The notes beneath the pieces are model-generated. The model was given only the letters and a program-made list of their open reading frames with translations. It did not search any database and was not told where the DNA came from. A stretch of DNA of 26,889 bases from positions 1 through 26,889 of the forward strand of contig JBJHDK010000032.1 of assembly GCA_050486505.1 (NCBI GenBank), read 5' to 3'. Shown in pieces: positions 16,958 through 25,739 of this stretch. How positions within the stretch are numbered: the stretch's first letter is position 1; the number at the start of each line of letters is the position of its first letter. Source of the DNA: Fibrobacteria bacterium. GTDB lineage: Bacteria; Fibrobacterota; Fibrobacteria; UBA11236. The translations under genes and the position numbers were made by a program.

Positions 16958-17608
16958 ATGGAATGGATTGCCCTGCTCGTCGATTTCATCCTGAACATCG
17001 ACAAACATCTTGAAATCGTCATCCAGAATTACGGGACGCTGACCTACATCATCCTGTTTCTGATCATTTTCTGTGAAACGGGGCTTGTGGTCACTCCCTT
17101 CCTTCCCGGGGATTCGTTGCTGTTCGCCGTCGGTTCCTTCGCCGCCATCGGCCTGCTCGACCCGTGGCTCGCATTCTTCCTGCTTGTGACTGCGGCGATT
17201 CTCGGCGATGCCCTGAATTACTGGGTCGGCCGAACCTTCGGGCTGAAGGGCTTCACGGACGATGCCCGCTTCCTGAACACGAAGTACATCGTGAAAACCA
17301 ACGCCTTTTACGAGAAGCACGGGCCCATGACCATCATCATCGCGCGTTTCGTGCCCATCGTGCGCACCTACGCGCCTTTCGTCGCGGGTCTCGGGCGCAT
17401 GAACTATCGCCGCTTCACCACCTACAATGTTTCGGGCGCATTCCTGTGGCTCATCATCTGCATGGGCGGCGGGCTGCTCTTCGGCAACATTCCCGTGGTC
17501 AAGGACAACTTCAGCATCGTGATCATGGGCATCATCTTCGTCTCGATTCTTCCGGGAATCATCGCCATCGTCCGCGCGCGCATGGCTCCAGAGGGACAAA
17601 AGGCGTAG
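16958..17608 (+). CDS. dedA: DedA family membrane protein
   Basis: IFCETGLVVTPFLPGDSLLF, GD--NY--G, ARFVPIVRT-APFVAG. Confidence 0.95.
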   Translation: MEWIALLVDFILNIDKHLEIVIQNYGTLTYIILFLIIFCETGLVVTPFLPGDSLLFAVGSFAAIGLLDPWLAFFLLVTAAILGDALNYWVGRTFGLKGFTDDARFLNTKYIVKTNAFYEKHGPMTIIIARFVPIVRTYAPFVAGLGRMNYRRFTTYNVSGAFLWLIICMGGGLLFGNIPVVKDNFSIVIMGIIFVSILPGIIAIVRARMAPEGQKA

Positions 17609-17671
17609 CACAAAGCCGCTCCCGGCGGTAAGTTTGACCTGGTCCCCTGTTGGTGGATCAGGAGGTTTTTC

Positions 17672-18832
17672 GTGAGCCGCAACATCATCGCCCCTTCGGT
17701 TCTTTTCTCTCTGGCGACCCACCTCACCGTCCTCGTTGCCCTCGCGGGGTTTGCCGCCCCCCTGCACGCGCAAACCAACACCATCAATTTGCCCAATCAC
17801 TTTTACACTCCCGGAGACACCGTGGAGTGGGTCAAGCGCCTGCCCCACTACTGCGAGGGGCCCGCATGGAACCCCACGACGCAAGAGATAACGTTCTCGC
17901 AAATCGGTAGCCCGGGCACGGGCGGGGCCACCCCAAATCGTCCTGACTGGCTGATCTGGCGCATCAAACCGGGCGTCGATACGGGTAGCGTCTTCTACGA
18001 CAAAGGACAAAGCAACGGGCAGGTCATGGATCCGTGGGACCGGCTTACCGTGATACAGCGCGACATGGTGATCCGCTTCGACTCCACGGGCGCGGTGGAT
18101 ACCTTGGTGCGATCGGGCGACAACGGCGTGACGTTCAATGCCAACAACAACACCGACGGCGGCGCGGGCAATGATCTCAGCTTCGCATCGAACGGTGCCT
18201 TCTACTTCACCAACCTCGCCACCGGAATCTTCTATGTGGATACCGCCGGCACCCTGACGCAAGCCTTCAGCGGGGCGCAGTCGGCCAACGGAATTCACTG
18301 GATCGAAGAAGAAGACAAGGTGTATGTGCATGAAGGAAACACCGTGCGTCGTTACGACCGGGGAGCGAACGGGGCCCTCTCGAATCGCACCATCATGGTG
18401 CAGCAACAGGGCATGGGGGCCGATGGCGGTTGCATCGATGTCGCGGGGAACCGCTGGGTCGCTGACTACAGTCAGGGAATGATCCGCGTATATAGCAGCA
18501 CCTGGGAATCACTGGGGAACATCACCATGCGCTCCGCAACCGGGATCTACAATGCCCGGTCCGGAAACGCGGGAAACGCAAGCAACTGCACCTTCGGAGG
18601 CGAAGATCTGAGGACGTTGTACATCACCGGCGACGGAGGCTTGTACAGCCTTCGCGTGACCATTCCCGGGCGCGTTTTGCCGTCGCCGGCCGTGAGCCTG
18701 CGCGCGCCCGCGCGCGCGCCGGTGCAAAAAGTGCCGGAAGGTGGGCGCCTTCGTGATCTCCTGGGTCGCGCCTTGCCGGAAACGGGCAGGACGGCACCCA
18801 TGAAAAGCTTGCCAGCAGCGCCCCTGCCTTGA
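17672..18832 (+). CDS. Secreted SMP-30/gluconolactonase-family beta-propeller with short basic C-terminal tail
   Basis: AGGAGG RBS; signal peptide ending LHA/Q; EGPAW, SNG, NDL, ANGI, ADG--ID--GN, SNCTFGGEDLRTLYIT; tail RLRDLLGR. Confidence 0.9.
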   Translation: MSRNIIAPSVLFSLATHLTVLVALAGFAAPLHAQTNTINLPNHFYTPGDTVEWVKRLPHYCEGPAWNPTTQEITFSQIGSPGTGGATPNRPDWLIWRIKPGVDTGSVFYDKGQSNGQVMDPWDRLTVIQRDMVIRFDSTGAVDTLVRSGDNGVTFNANNNTDGGAGNDLSFASNGAFYFTNLATGIFYVDTAGTLTQAFSGAQSANGIHWIEEEDKVYVHEGNTVRRYDRGANGALSNRTIMVQQQGMGADGGCIDVAGNRWVADYSQGMIRVYSSTWESLGNITMRSATGIYNARSGNAGNASNCTFGGEDLRTLYITGDGGLYSLRVTIPGRVLPSPAVSLRAPARAPVQKVPEGGRLRDLLGRALPETGRTAPMKSLPAAPLP

Positions 18833-18881
18833 TCCGCCTCCATGGAGGAAGCACGTGAACCTTCGGAAATCTTGATGAAAC

Positions 18882-20120
18882 TTAGGCGAGGCTGCGCAGA
18901 CGCTCCATGGCGCGCCCCCGGAAGATGAAGAGCGACGACAGGACGGAAGCGGCCGGCAGGAGAAAAAGCGCGGCGGCCCACACCGGCCAGCTTTCCACGA
19001 TGCGTGAGCGCCCGATCTCCGGATCGGGGAGGGCTCCCGCCAGGGACCCCTGAATCAGCGGAAACACCGATGCGTCGACAAGTGCGCCAAGCAGCACGGC
19101 CCCCCCGCCCAACAATGCGCCTTCCCACGCCAGCACCGCCAGCATCTCGGCGCGGCGGTACCCCATTGCCTCGAGGACGGCCATCTGGCGCGACAAGCCT
19201 TCGAAGCGGCCCAGCATGACGGCCAACAGGGCCGCCGCCGCGAGAACGAGGGCGAGCAGCGCCACGAGAATTCCGGCGATGCGCCCCATCGCGGTGATGT
19301 TCCGAAGCGACGCGAGCGTTTCCGGCAAGGGAACCAGTTGCGCCACCGTCATCCGGTCGATGAGTGCGACCAGCCCCGGCATCCCCGCGGGATCGGCGTG
19401 CACGAGGATGTAATGCAGCACGAAACTGTCCCAATGGGTTTGCTCTCCCGCGACCGCAAGGCCTTCCGCGATCAGGGTTTCGGATTGCACGAGGTTGGTC
19501 AGCACGGCGCGATCCCAGGCGCTGTGCATCGGCAAAAGAATGGCGGAGACTTCCATGCGGCGAGGAACGAGGCCGTGCGAGGGCATGACGTCAGCGGTCC
19601 AGGAGCGGACCTCGACGGAATCCCCGACGACCAAGCCCTTGCGGCGCGCGACCTCGGCGCCCAGAACGACGCCCGCATGAATTTCAGGCCACGCGCCATC
19701 GGTGATCGCGATGCGCGGTGACGGAGGCGGCATCTCCAGAAAACCTGGAGTCGTTCCGATCACACGATAATCACTGAGTTTTCCCGCGAAGACCATGGGG
19801 ACAAGGCTCGAGGCCCGGAAATGCTCGTTGCCCGCGCGCCACTCCTCGTTCACCATGGTCGCGTAAAGCCTGATCGGAATGAATCCGGGATAAGGCCCCT
19901 CGAGATTCAACGCGCCGAGCATCGACTCGATGTTGTTTCCTTTCGCCGCGATCAGCATGTCGCCCGCCTGCGCCATGGTGCCGAAGCGCGCCTCGGCAAG
20001 TTTCCATGTCCTCAGCAGTGCGCCGGAGCTGGCAATCGTGACCCCGAGGGCAACCAACACAAGCGCAGTCGCCGCCCTGTGGCGCACAAGATTGAGCCAG
20101 GCGAGGCGGAACGGGCTCAT
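18882..20120 (-). CDS. FtsX/MacB-type ABC transporter permease
   Basis: LAWLNL-RHR, DM-I-AKG periplasmic domain, VVLGAEVA---GL-VGD, MAVLEAMGY. Overlaps the ATPase stop. Confidence 0.85.
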   Translation of the reverse strand: MSPFRLAWLNLVRHRAATALVLVALGVTIASSGALLRTWKLAEARFGTMAQAGDMLIAAKGNNIESMLGALNLEGPYPGFIPIRLYATMVNEEWRAGNEHFRASSLVPMVFAGKLSDYRVIGTTPGFLEMPPPSPRIAITDGAWPEIHAGVVLGAEVARRKGLVVGDSVEVRSWTADVMPSHGLVPRRMEVSAILLPMHSAWDRAVLTNLVQSETLIAEGLAVAGEQTHWDSFVLHYILVHADPAGMPGLVALIDRMTVAQLVPLPETLASLRNITAMGRIAGILVALLALVLAAAALLAVMLGRFEGLSRQMAVLEAMGYRRAEMLAVLAWEGALLGGGAVLLGALVDASVFPLIQGSLAGALPDPEIGRSRIVESWPVWAAALFLLPAASVLSSLFIFRGRAMERLRSLA

Positions 20121-20761
20121 GGCGCGACCAGGTCCTGAAAATCGAAGGCCTCCCTGAACATGGAACGCAGGCGAGGATCGTGGCTGACGACGAGCAACGT
20201 CCTTTCTTCGGACGCCTCCCACAGCGCGCCCATCACGCGTTCGACTCCCGGGTTGTCGAGGCTCGACGTCGGCTCGTCGGCCAACAGAAGCTTCGGCGAA
20301 GACGCCCACAAGCGCGCCACGGCCACGCGCTGCTGCTCCCCGGGACTCAGGAGTCCCGCGCGCCGGTGCGCCAAGCGCTCGAGCCCCGTGCGTCGGAGCG
20401 ACTCCAGTGCGTGCGCTTCCCGGTCCGCGCGCGCGGGAAAAATCCCCAGCACCACGTTTTCAAGTGCCGTCAGATGATCGACGAGATTCCAGCGCTGGAA
20501 CACAAGGCCCATCGATTCGCGTCGCAGGCGCGCGCGCGCGCCGGCATCCATCTCCGTCAACTCCTCGTTCCCGACGCGGATCTTCCCGGAGTGCGGCAAA
20601 AACTGTCCGGAAATCAGGTTGAGCAACGTGGTCTTGCCCCGTCCGCTCGGCCCGTGAATCAGCGTTTTCGACCCCGCCCCAAGCTCCAGCGAGGGAAGGA
20701 AGAACAGGGGGGACTCCCTGTCGGGAAGACGCATTTCGACATCGCGCAGCGCGACTTTCAC
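20117..20761 (-). CDS. ABC transporter ATP-binding protein (LolD/MacB-like)
   Basis: GPSGRGKTT, GLVFQ-WNL, LSPGEQQRVAVAR, LLADEPT, SHD. Confidence 0.92.
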   Translation of the reverse strand: MKVALRDVEMRLPDRESPLFFLPSLELGAGSKTLIHGPSGRGKTTLLNLISGQFLPHSGKIRVGNEELTEMDAGARARLRRESMGLVFQRWNLVDHLTALENVVLGIFPARADREAHALESLRRTGLERLAHRRAGLLSPGEQQRVAVARLWASSPKLLLADEPTSSLDNPGVERVMGALWEASEERTLLVVSHDPRLRSMFREAFDFQDLVAP

Positions 20762-20914
20762 GGGGTCCTCTTCGCGGTCGGAGCGGTCGGTTCAGGAGCG
20801 AACATCGTTCCGGCGAAAATAGGATAACCGGAACTCCTTATCACGACCGGCCAAGCGAGGACCCCACCGGGCACAACCGGCACACCACGATGCCGTGGCC
20901 TTCCCTGGACGTCT

Positions 20915-21337
20915 TCAGTACTTGAGAGAGAACGGCACTTCCTGGTCGGTTCGTGAAACCAGACGGATCCTGCCGCGGACGCCGAGGTCCCGTTTCAAAC
21001 CTCGAAGGTCGAAGGAAACGTGCTCGGCCTCGATGAGGGCCTTGCACATGTCATTGTTCGCATTGTGCCAGACATATGCATGCACGAGTTGTTTTGCCGT
21101 GTCGGAGCGCGAAACATACAGCGCGAAGGTGTGATCCTTGCAGCCTCCCCCGTAACGCGCAAAAAACTTCAGGGAATCTCCCTCGATGCGTGCACCGTGC
21201 ATGATGAACGGATCACTTTGCGGAACCTCGTGAATGCTTGAAACCGGAATAAAGTCCCTTGGGCCGTTGGACTCAGGAACCAACGTCGCGCAGCCGCAAA
21301 ACAGGACCGCAATGCAGGCGGGAAGAAAACGCTCCAT
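20915..21337 (-). CDS. Small lipoprotein (possibly NigD C-terminal-like beta-sandwich)
   Basis: Lipobox FCGC; YGGGCKDHTF and HNANNDMCKAL Cys pair; purine-rich RBS. Confidence 0.7.
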   Translation of the reverse strand: MERFLPACIAVLFCGCATLVPESNGPRDFIPVSSIHEVPQSDPFIMHGARIEGDSLKFFARYGGGCKDHTFALYVSRSDTAKQLVHAYVWHNANNDMCKALIEAEHVSFDLRGLKRDLGVRGRIRLVSRTDQEVPFSLKY

Positions 21338-21466
21338 TGTGCACCCCTCTCCTGAACTGAATATAGGGGGGGGCCGGGCTTTTCCCTCGGTTTTTTTTCG
21401 TCGGTTCGTGAACGATAACGCTTCAAAACTTCGAAGCCTTCATTGGCGCAAAAACGCGCCGTTCCA

Positions 21467-21772
21467 TCACATGTTTCCGGGATCGCGGATCTTGCTGCCG
21501 TTCATGGTTCGATAACCGAAGAGTGGCGCAAACAGGCAGACGTCGAAAATCCCGGACATCAACGGAATGATTCCGAGAAGGGAAAGGAGCACGCCGGGGT
21601 TCCCCTCGAGCCTCAATCCGATCATCAGCATGACTGTTCCGAGAACCACTCGAACCAGTCTTCCGGGAGTGGAAGCGGTAAAGCGGATAAAACGCTGCGC
21701 CGAGGGATTCTCCGAAAGCTTCCCGACGATTTTGACGAGAATCGACTGAAGACGTTGCATCAGGTTTTCCAT
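21467..21772 (-). CDS. DUF2892/YgaP-like small membrane protein
   Basis: GR-VRVVLG, two hydrophobic segments, G-FDVCLFAPLFG. Confidence 0.8.
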   Translation of the reverse strand: MENLMQRLQSILVKIVGKLSENPSAQRFIRFTASTPGRLVRVVLGTVMLMIGLRLEGNPGVLLSLLGIIPLMSGIFDVCLFAPLFGYRTMNGSKIRDPGNM

Positions 21773-21985
21773 GGGGTCTCCATCCGGTAGGTTCTGTCGA
21801 AAAGGGCATCCCTGAAGCGAACCGGACAGCCCCGCCTCAAGGCCTTGACCGGATCAAATCGAAATCTCTTCCCGAAAACGTCCATAAGATATTTCGTTGT
21901 CCCGGAAAACGCGGAAAGAAAGTGATTCGGCTCCTGCATGATCCCCTGTTCCCCCTCCGGGTTTGCGGACCTATCTTTGGCCCCC

Positions 21986-23161
21986 ATGAACACTCTCCGC
22001 TACGAAGATCGCGGCGCATCCGCCGACAAACGCGAGGTTCACGCAGCCATCCGGGGAGAAGACCCGGGTTTGTTTCCCGGCGCTTTTTGCAAGGTTTTGC
22101 CCGATTCATTGACCGGAAGCCCGGACCATTGCGTCCTGATCCATGCCGACGGCGCCGGGACAAAGTCCGTGGCTGCCTGGCTGTGGTGGAAGGAGACGGG
22201 GGATGTTTCCGTCTTCCGCGGACTCGCCCAGGACAGCCTGGTCATGAACCTCGACGATTTGCTTTGCGTCGGGGCAACGGGCCCTTTCCTTCTTTCCAAC
22301 ACCATCGGCCGGAACGCCAAGGTGATCCCCGGGGACATCATTGCCGAGGTGATCGCGGGATACCGGGACTGCGCCGAAATGCTCGCGAAGCACGGGGTGG
22401 AAATCGTCAGCGGTGGCGGCGAGACCGCCGATCTCGGGGATGCCGTCAGAACTCTCGTGGTCGATTCGACCTTGGTGACACGGATGCGTCGCAGCGAAGT
22501 GATTTCCGGGGATAAACTGCGCCCCGGCCTCTCGATCGTCGGTTTCGCGTCGTACGGGAAAGCGACTTACGAGGCGACGGAAAACTCCGGCATCGGAAGC
22601 AACGGGTTGACTTCCGCGCGCCATGAACTCCTGTCCTCGAAGTACAGGGATACCTATCCGGAAGCCTTCGCGCCGCAGATCCACGATCTGGCATACACCG
22701 GATCTTACCTGCTCAGGGACGTACTTCCCGGATCTTCCCTGACGGTGGGAGAAGCCCTGTTGTCTCCGACGCGAACCTATGCGCCCATTCTCGCCAAAGC
22801 CTTCAGGGAAGCCGGCGATTCAATCGCGGCGGTGTTTCACAACACGGGTGGCGGACAGACCAAATGTCTCCGCTTCGGCAAGAATCTGACCTATGTCAAG
22901 GATAACCTGTTCGATCCTCCTCCCCTGTTCAAAGTGCTTCGTGAAAAATCCAGACTGGATCTCAGAGAGCTTTACCGCTCCCTGAATATGGGACATCGTC
23001 TGGAAATCGTTTGTGAATCTTCCGCCGCCGCAGGCTTGATCGAAATCTCGGAAGAGTTCGGAATCGATGCCAAGGTGGTCGGACGCACGGAACAAGGTGC
23101 AGGACAAAACTCCCTGAAACTCATTGCCGAGGGTCAAACCCTGGAGTACTCCCTGGACTGA
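21986..23161 (+). CDS. purM: Phosphoribosylformylglycinamidine cyclo-ligase (AIR synthase), Bacteroidota-type
   Basis: RGASADKREVH, HADGAGTKS, AQDS-VMNLDDLLCVGA, GGETAD-GD, GSNGLTSARH, GGGQTK, NMGHRLE. Confidence 0.93.
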   Translation: MNTLRYEDRGASADKREVHAAIRGEDPGLFPGAFCKVLPDSLTGSPDHCVLIHADGAGTKSVAAWLWWKETGDVSVFRGLAQDSLVMNLDDLLCVGATGPFLLSNTIGRNAKVIPGDIIAEVIAGYRDCAEMLAKHGVEIVSGGGETADLGDAVRTLVVDSTLVTRMRRSEVISGDKLRPGLSIVGFASYGKATYEATENSGIGSNGLTSARHELLSSKYRDTYPEAFAPQIHDLAYTGSYLLRDVLPGSSLTVGEALLSPTRTYAPILAKAFREAGDSIAAVFHNTGGGQTKCLRFGKNLTYVKDNLFDPPPLFKVLREKSRLDLRELYRSLNMGHRLEIVCESSAAAGLIEISEEFGIDAKVVGRTEQGAGQNSLKLIAEGQTLEYSLD

Positions 23162-23281
23162 ATTTCCCGACAACCGCCTCGGGTTAATATGCCCCGAAAC
23201 AAAGATGGACAAGAATCCGGACCCATGAAGGGAAGGGATTGATGCAAAATCCCCCCTGATCTCCCAACTACATTTGCCGGG

Positions 23282-24247
23282 ATGCATCAAGGATCCAATC
23301 TTCTTTCGGGTATCAGAAAAGAAATCTCGAAAATCGTCATCGGGAATGAAGACCTGATCGAACATTTGCTGATCGCCCTGCTGGCGCGCGGCCACGTTCT
23401 TCTGGTCGGTCCTCCGGGAATGGCGAAAACCACCATCGTGCATTGTTTCGCGGATGCCCTGGATCTTGCCTTCAACCGGATCCAGTTTACTCCCGACCTG
23501 ATGCCGTCCGACATTCTGGGAACGGAAATCCTTCAGGACAACAAAAGCACGGGTGAGCGCGAATTACGCTTCGTGAAAGGTCCGGTCTTCACCCAAATCC
23601 TGCTTTCGGATGAAATCAACAGAACGCCTCCCAAGACGCAGGCGGCGCTTCTGCAAGCCATGCAGGAAAAAACCGTGACCCTGTTCGGCAGAACGGAAAA
23701 GCTCACGGAACCCTTCATGGTTCTTGCAACACAGAATCCGATCGAACAGGAAGGAACCTACCCCCTTCCCGAAGCGCAGCTGGATCGTTTTCTCTTTTCC
23801 CTGTACCTCGACTATCCGGAATTTGAACAGGAAATGGAAATTGCAAGAAAACACTCCTCCAGGATCACGGAAAAAATCGAATCCATTCTTTCCCGCGAAA
23901 GAATTCTGGAGCTTCAGGACTCGGTCACTTCAATGACTGTCCCGGACCATGTATTCGAAAAAGCCGTCAAACTTGTCAGGGCAACCCGCCCTGAAGCTGG
24001 AAACCCGCTCGCAGAAGTTCTCAAGTACGTCAAATGGGGAGCAGGACCACGAGCTGTTCAATATTTGATCCTGGCCGCCAAGGCCAGGGCAATGCTTCAT
24101 GACAGACCAACACCTGTTGAGGAGGATGTCGTGTCGCTGTTTCGTCCCTGCATGAATCATCGTCTTCACTTGAATTTTCAGGCAGAAGCGGAAGATGTCA
24201 AGATCGACCAAATCATGAACGTTGTTCTTGGGTCAATCAAATCTTGA
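23282..24247 (+). CDS. MoxR-family AAA+ ATPase
   Basis: GHVLLVGPPGMAKT, RIQFTPDLMPSD, DEINRTPPKTQAALL, ATQNPIEQEGTYPLPEAQLDRF, GAGPRA. Confidence 0.95.
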   Translation: MHQGSNLLSGIRKEISKIVIGNEDLIEHLLIALLARGHVLLVGPPGMAKTTIVHCFADALDLAFNRIQFTPDLMPSDILGTEILQDNKSTGERELRFVKGPVFTQILLSDEINRTPPKTQAALLQAMQEKTVTLFGRTEKLTEPFMVLATQNPIEQEGTYPLPEAQLDRFLFSLYLDYPEFEQEMEIARKHSSRITEKIESILSRERILELQDSVTSMTVPDHVFEKAVKLVRATRPEAGNPLAEVLKYVKWGAGPRAVQYLILAAKARAMLHDRPTPVEEDVVSLFRPCMNHRLHLNFQAEAEDVKIDQIMNVVLGSIKS

Positions 24248-24254
24248 AGCTTGA

Positions 24255-24575
24255 CTCCCGATATTCACATCTCTTTCTATAAGTACAGGATTTATTCATA
24301 ATCAAGAGTAGGAACAGGGGTGTTGAAACAAGTTGAAAACTCTTTAAAAATCAACATAACCCATTGGAATTAGGTGTGTTAGAATAGTTGTTGAAAAAAG
24401 AATAGAAGGCGGAAAATCTCAGAGGTTTTGAATAAAGACGAGTGTTGATAGAAGTTGAAAACCGTTTTCAACACCGATCCCAAAACAATTCGAACAGAAA
24501 GATTGAAAACCCCCGGGATGTTGAATCCAGTTGGGTTTTCAATATGAATTCACGGATTCGACTGTTGAAAGCTCA
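24255..24575. other. Candidate chromosomal replication origin (oriC)
   Basis: AT-rich gap between convergent genes with about ten DnaA-box-like 9-mers of type TGTTGAAAA/TTTTCAACA (24321, 24331, 24348, 24389, 24443, 24453, 24465, 24501, 24519, 24536, 24563). A GGGG spacer and seven NAN trimers (24297-24317) sit beside the first tandem boxes. Confidence 0.72.
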
Positions 24576-24583
24576 CGAAAAAC

Positions 24584-24613
24584 ACAAAAAACACCCGAAA
24601 GGGTGTTTTTTGT
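24584..24613. terminator. Bidirectional Rho-independent terminator downstream of asd
   Basis: Perfect 13-bp inverted repeat ACAAAAAACACCC-GAAA-GGGTGTTTTTTGT, giving T tracts on both strands. Confidence 0.88.
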
Positions 24614-24651
24614 TTATTGAAATGTGAATAGATGGCGGGATCGCAGAGTGT

Positions 24652-25659
24652 TCAAGAGGCCTTTTTGAACAGAACTTCCGCGATCTGAACGGCATTCAGT
24701 GCGGCACCCTTGCGAATCTGGTCACCAACCGCCCATAAATCAAGAGTGTTGGGCTGGGAGGCGTCCTTGCGAAGCCGGCCGACGAGCACCGGATCCTTGC
24801 CGGTCGCGTCCAGGGGCATGGGCCAACGATTCTTTTCCCTGTCCTCGAGAATCTGGACGCCATCGGTGTCCTGAAGAATCTTGTAGGCCTCGGTCACATC
24901 CGGTTCGGTCTCGAACTCGACATTGATCGCTTCGGAATGCGCGCGCAGAACGGGAACCCGCACGCAGGTCGCCGTGATCCGCAGGTCGGATTCGTGGAAA
25001 ATCTTGCGGGTTTCCTGCATCATCTTCTTCTCCTCCTCGCAATACCCGTCCTCGAGCATCGGGGAGTTGTGGGGGAAGAGGTTGAACGCGTAGGGGTGGG
25101 GGATCACCGTGCGGGTGAAATCCTTCCCCTCCATGCGGGCGCGGGTCTCGTCGACGAGCTCCTGCATGGCGACCGCACCGGCGCCGCTGGCGGCCTGATA
25201 GGTCGTGACCGAAACGCGCTTGATGCCATACCTGCGGTGGAGGGGCCACAGGGGAAGGCACATGATGATGGTCGAGCAGTTGGGGTTGGCGATGATTCCC
25301 TGGTGCTGGGCAATGTCCTCGGGATTGATCTCGGGGATCACGAGGGGGACGCCTTCCTTCATGCGGAAGTACGAGGTGTTGTCCACGACGATCGCCCCGG
25401 CCTTGACGGCTGATGGGGCGAACTCCTTGCTGAGGGATCCGCCGGCCGACGCGAGAACGAGGTCGATGTCCTTGAAGGAATTATGGGTCAACTCCTGCAC
25501 GGTGAGGGTTTCCTCACCGAAGCGCATCGTCTTGCCCGCGGAACGGGAAGACGCCAGCAGGCGCAGCTCGGAGATGGGGAACTGGCGCTCCCGAAGAAGG
25601 GTCAGAAACTCCTGGCCGACCGCGCCGGTCGCACCCATGATGGCTACGCGAATACCCAT
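24652..25659 (-). CDS. asd: Aspartate-semialdehyde dehydrogenase
   Basis: VAIMGATGAVG, DNTSYFRM, IIANPNCST, TYQAASGAG, TCVRVPV-RAHSE, DQIRKGAALNAVQIAE. Confidence 0.97.
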   Translation of the reverse strand: MGIRVAIMGATGAVGQEFLTLLRERQFPISELRLLASSRSAGKTMRFGEETLTVQELTHNSFKDIDLVLASAGGSLSKEFAPSAVKAGAIVVDNTSYFRMKEGVPLVIPEINPEDIAQHQGIIANPNCSTIIMCLPLWPLHRRYGIKRVSVTTYQAASGAGAVAMQELVDETRARMEGKDFTRTVIPHPYAFNLFPHNSPMLEDGYCEEEKKMMQETRKIFHESDLRITATCVRVPVLRAHSEAINVEFETEPDVTEAYKILQDTDGVQILEDREKNRWPMPLDATGKDPVLVGRLRKDASQPNTLDLWAVGDQIRKGAALNAVQIAEVLFKKAS

Positions 25660-25739
25660 GAAAAATCCCTTTCCGTAAGGTTCGACGCCCCCGCTCCGCG
25701 TGGCGGAAAAGGGGAGAGGCAAATCTAGCAACGCAGGTG

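Noticed and set aside
21365..21400. Hairpin plus T8 as a terminator
   Set aside because: The stem is imperfect and the T tract is on the strand opposite the flanking genes.
24300..24575. CRISPR array (GTTGAAA/ATTGAAA resemble CRISPR repeat ends)
   Set aside because: Motifs are only ~9 bp, in both orientations and irregularly spaced; there are no 25-40 bp repeats with spacers and no cas genes.
24442..24627. 61-aa ORF in the AT-rich gap
   Set aside because: Atypical composition, runs through the box array and terminator, no recognisable motif.
25660..25739. Lysine riboswitch or attenuator upstream of asd
   Set aside because: Only ~80 nt, too short, and lacks the conserved L-box elements.
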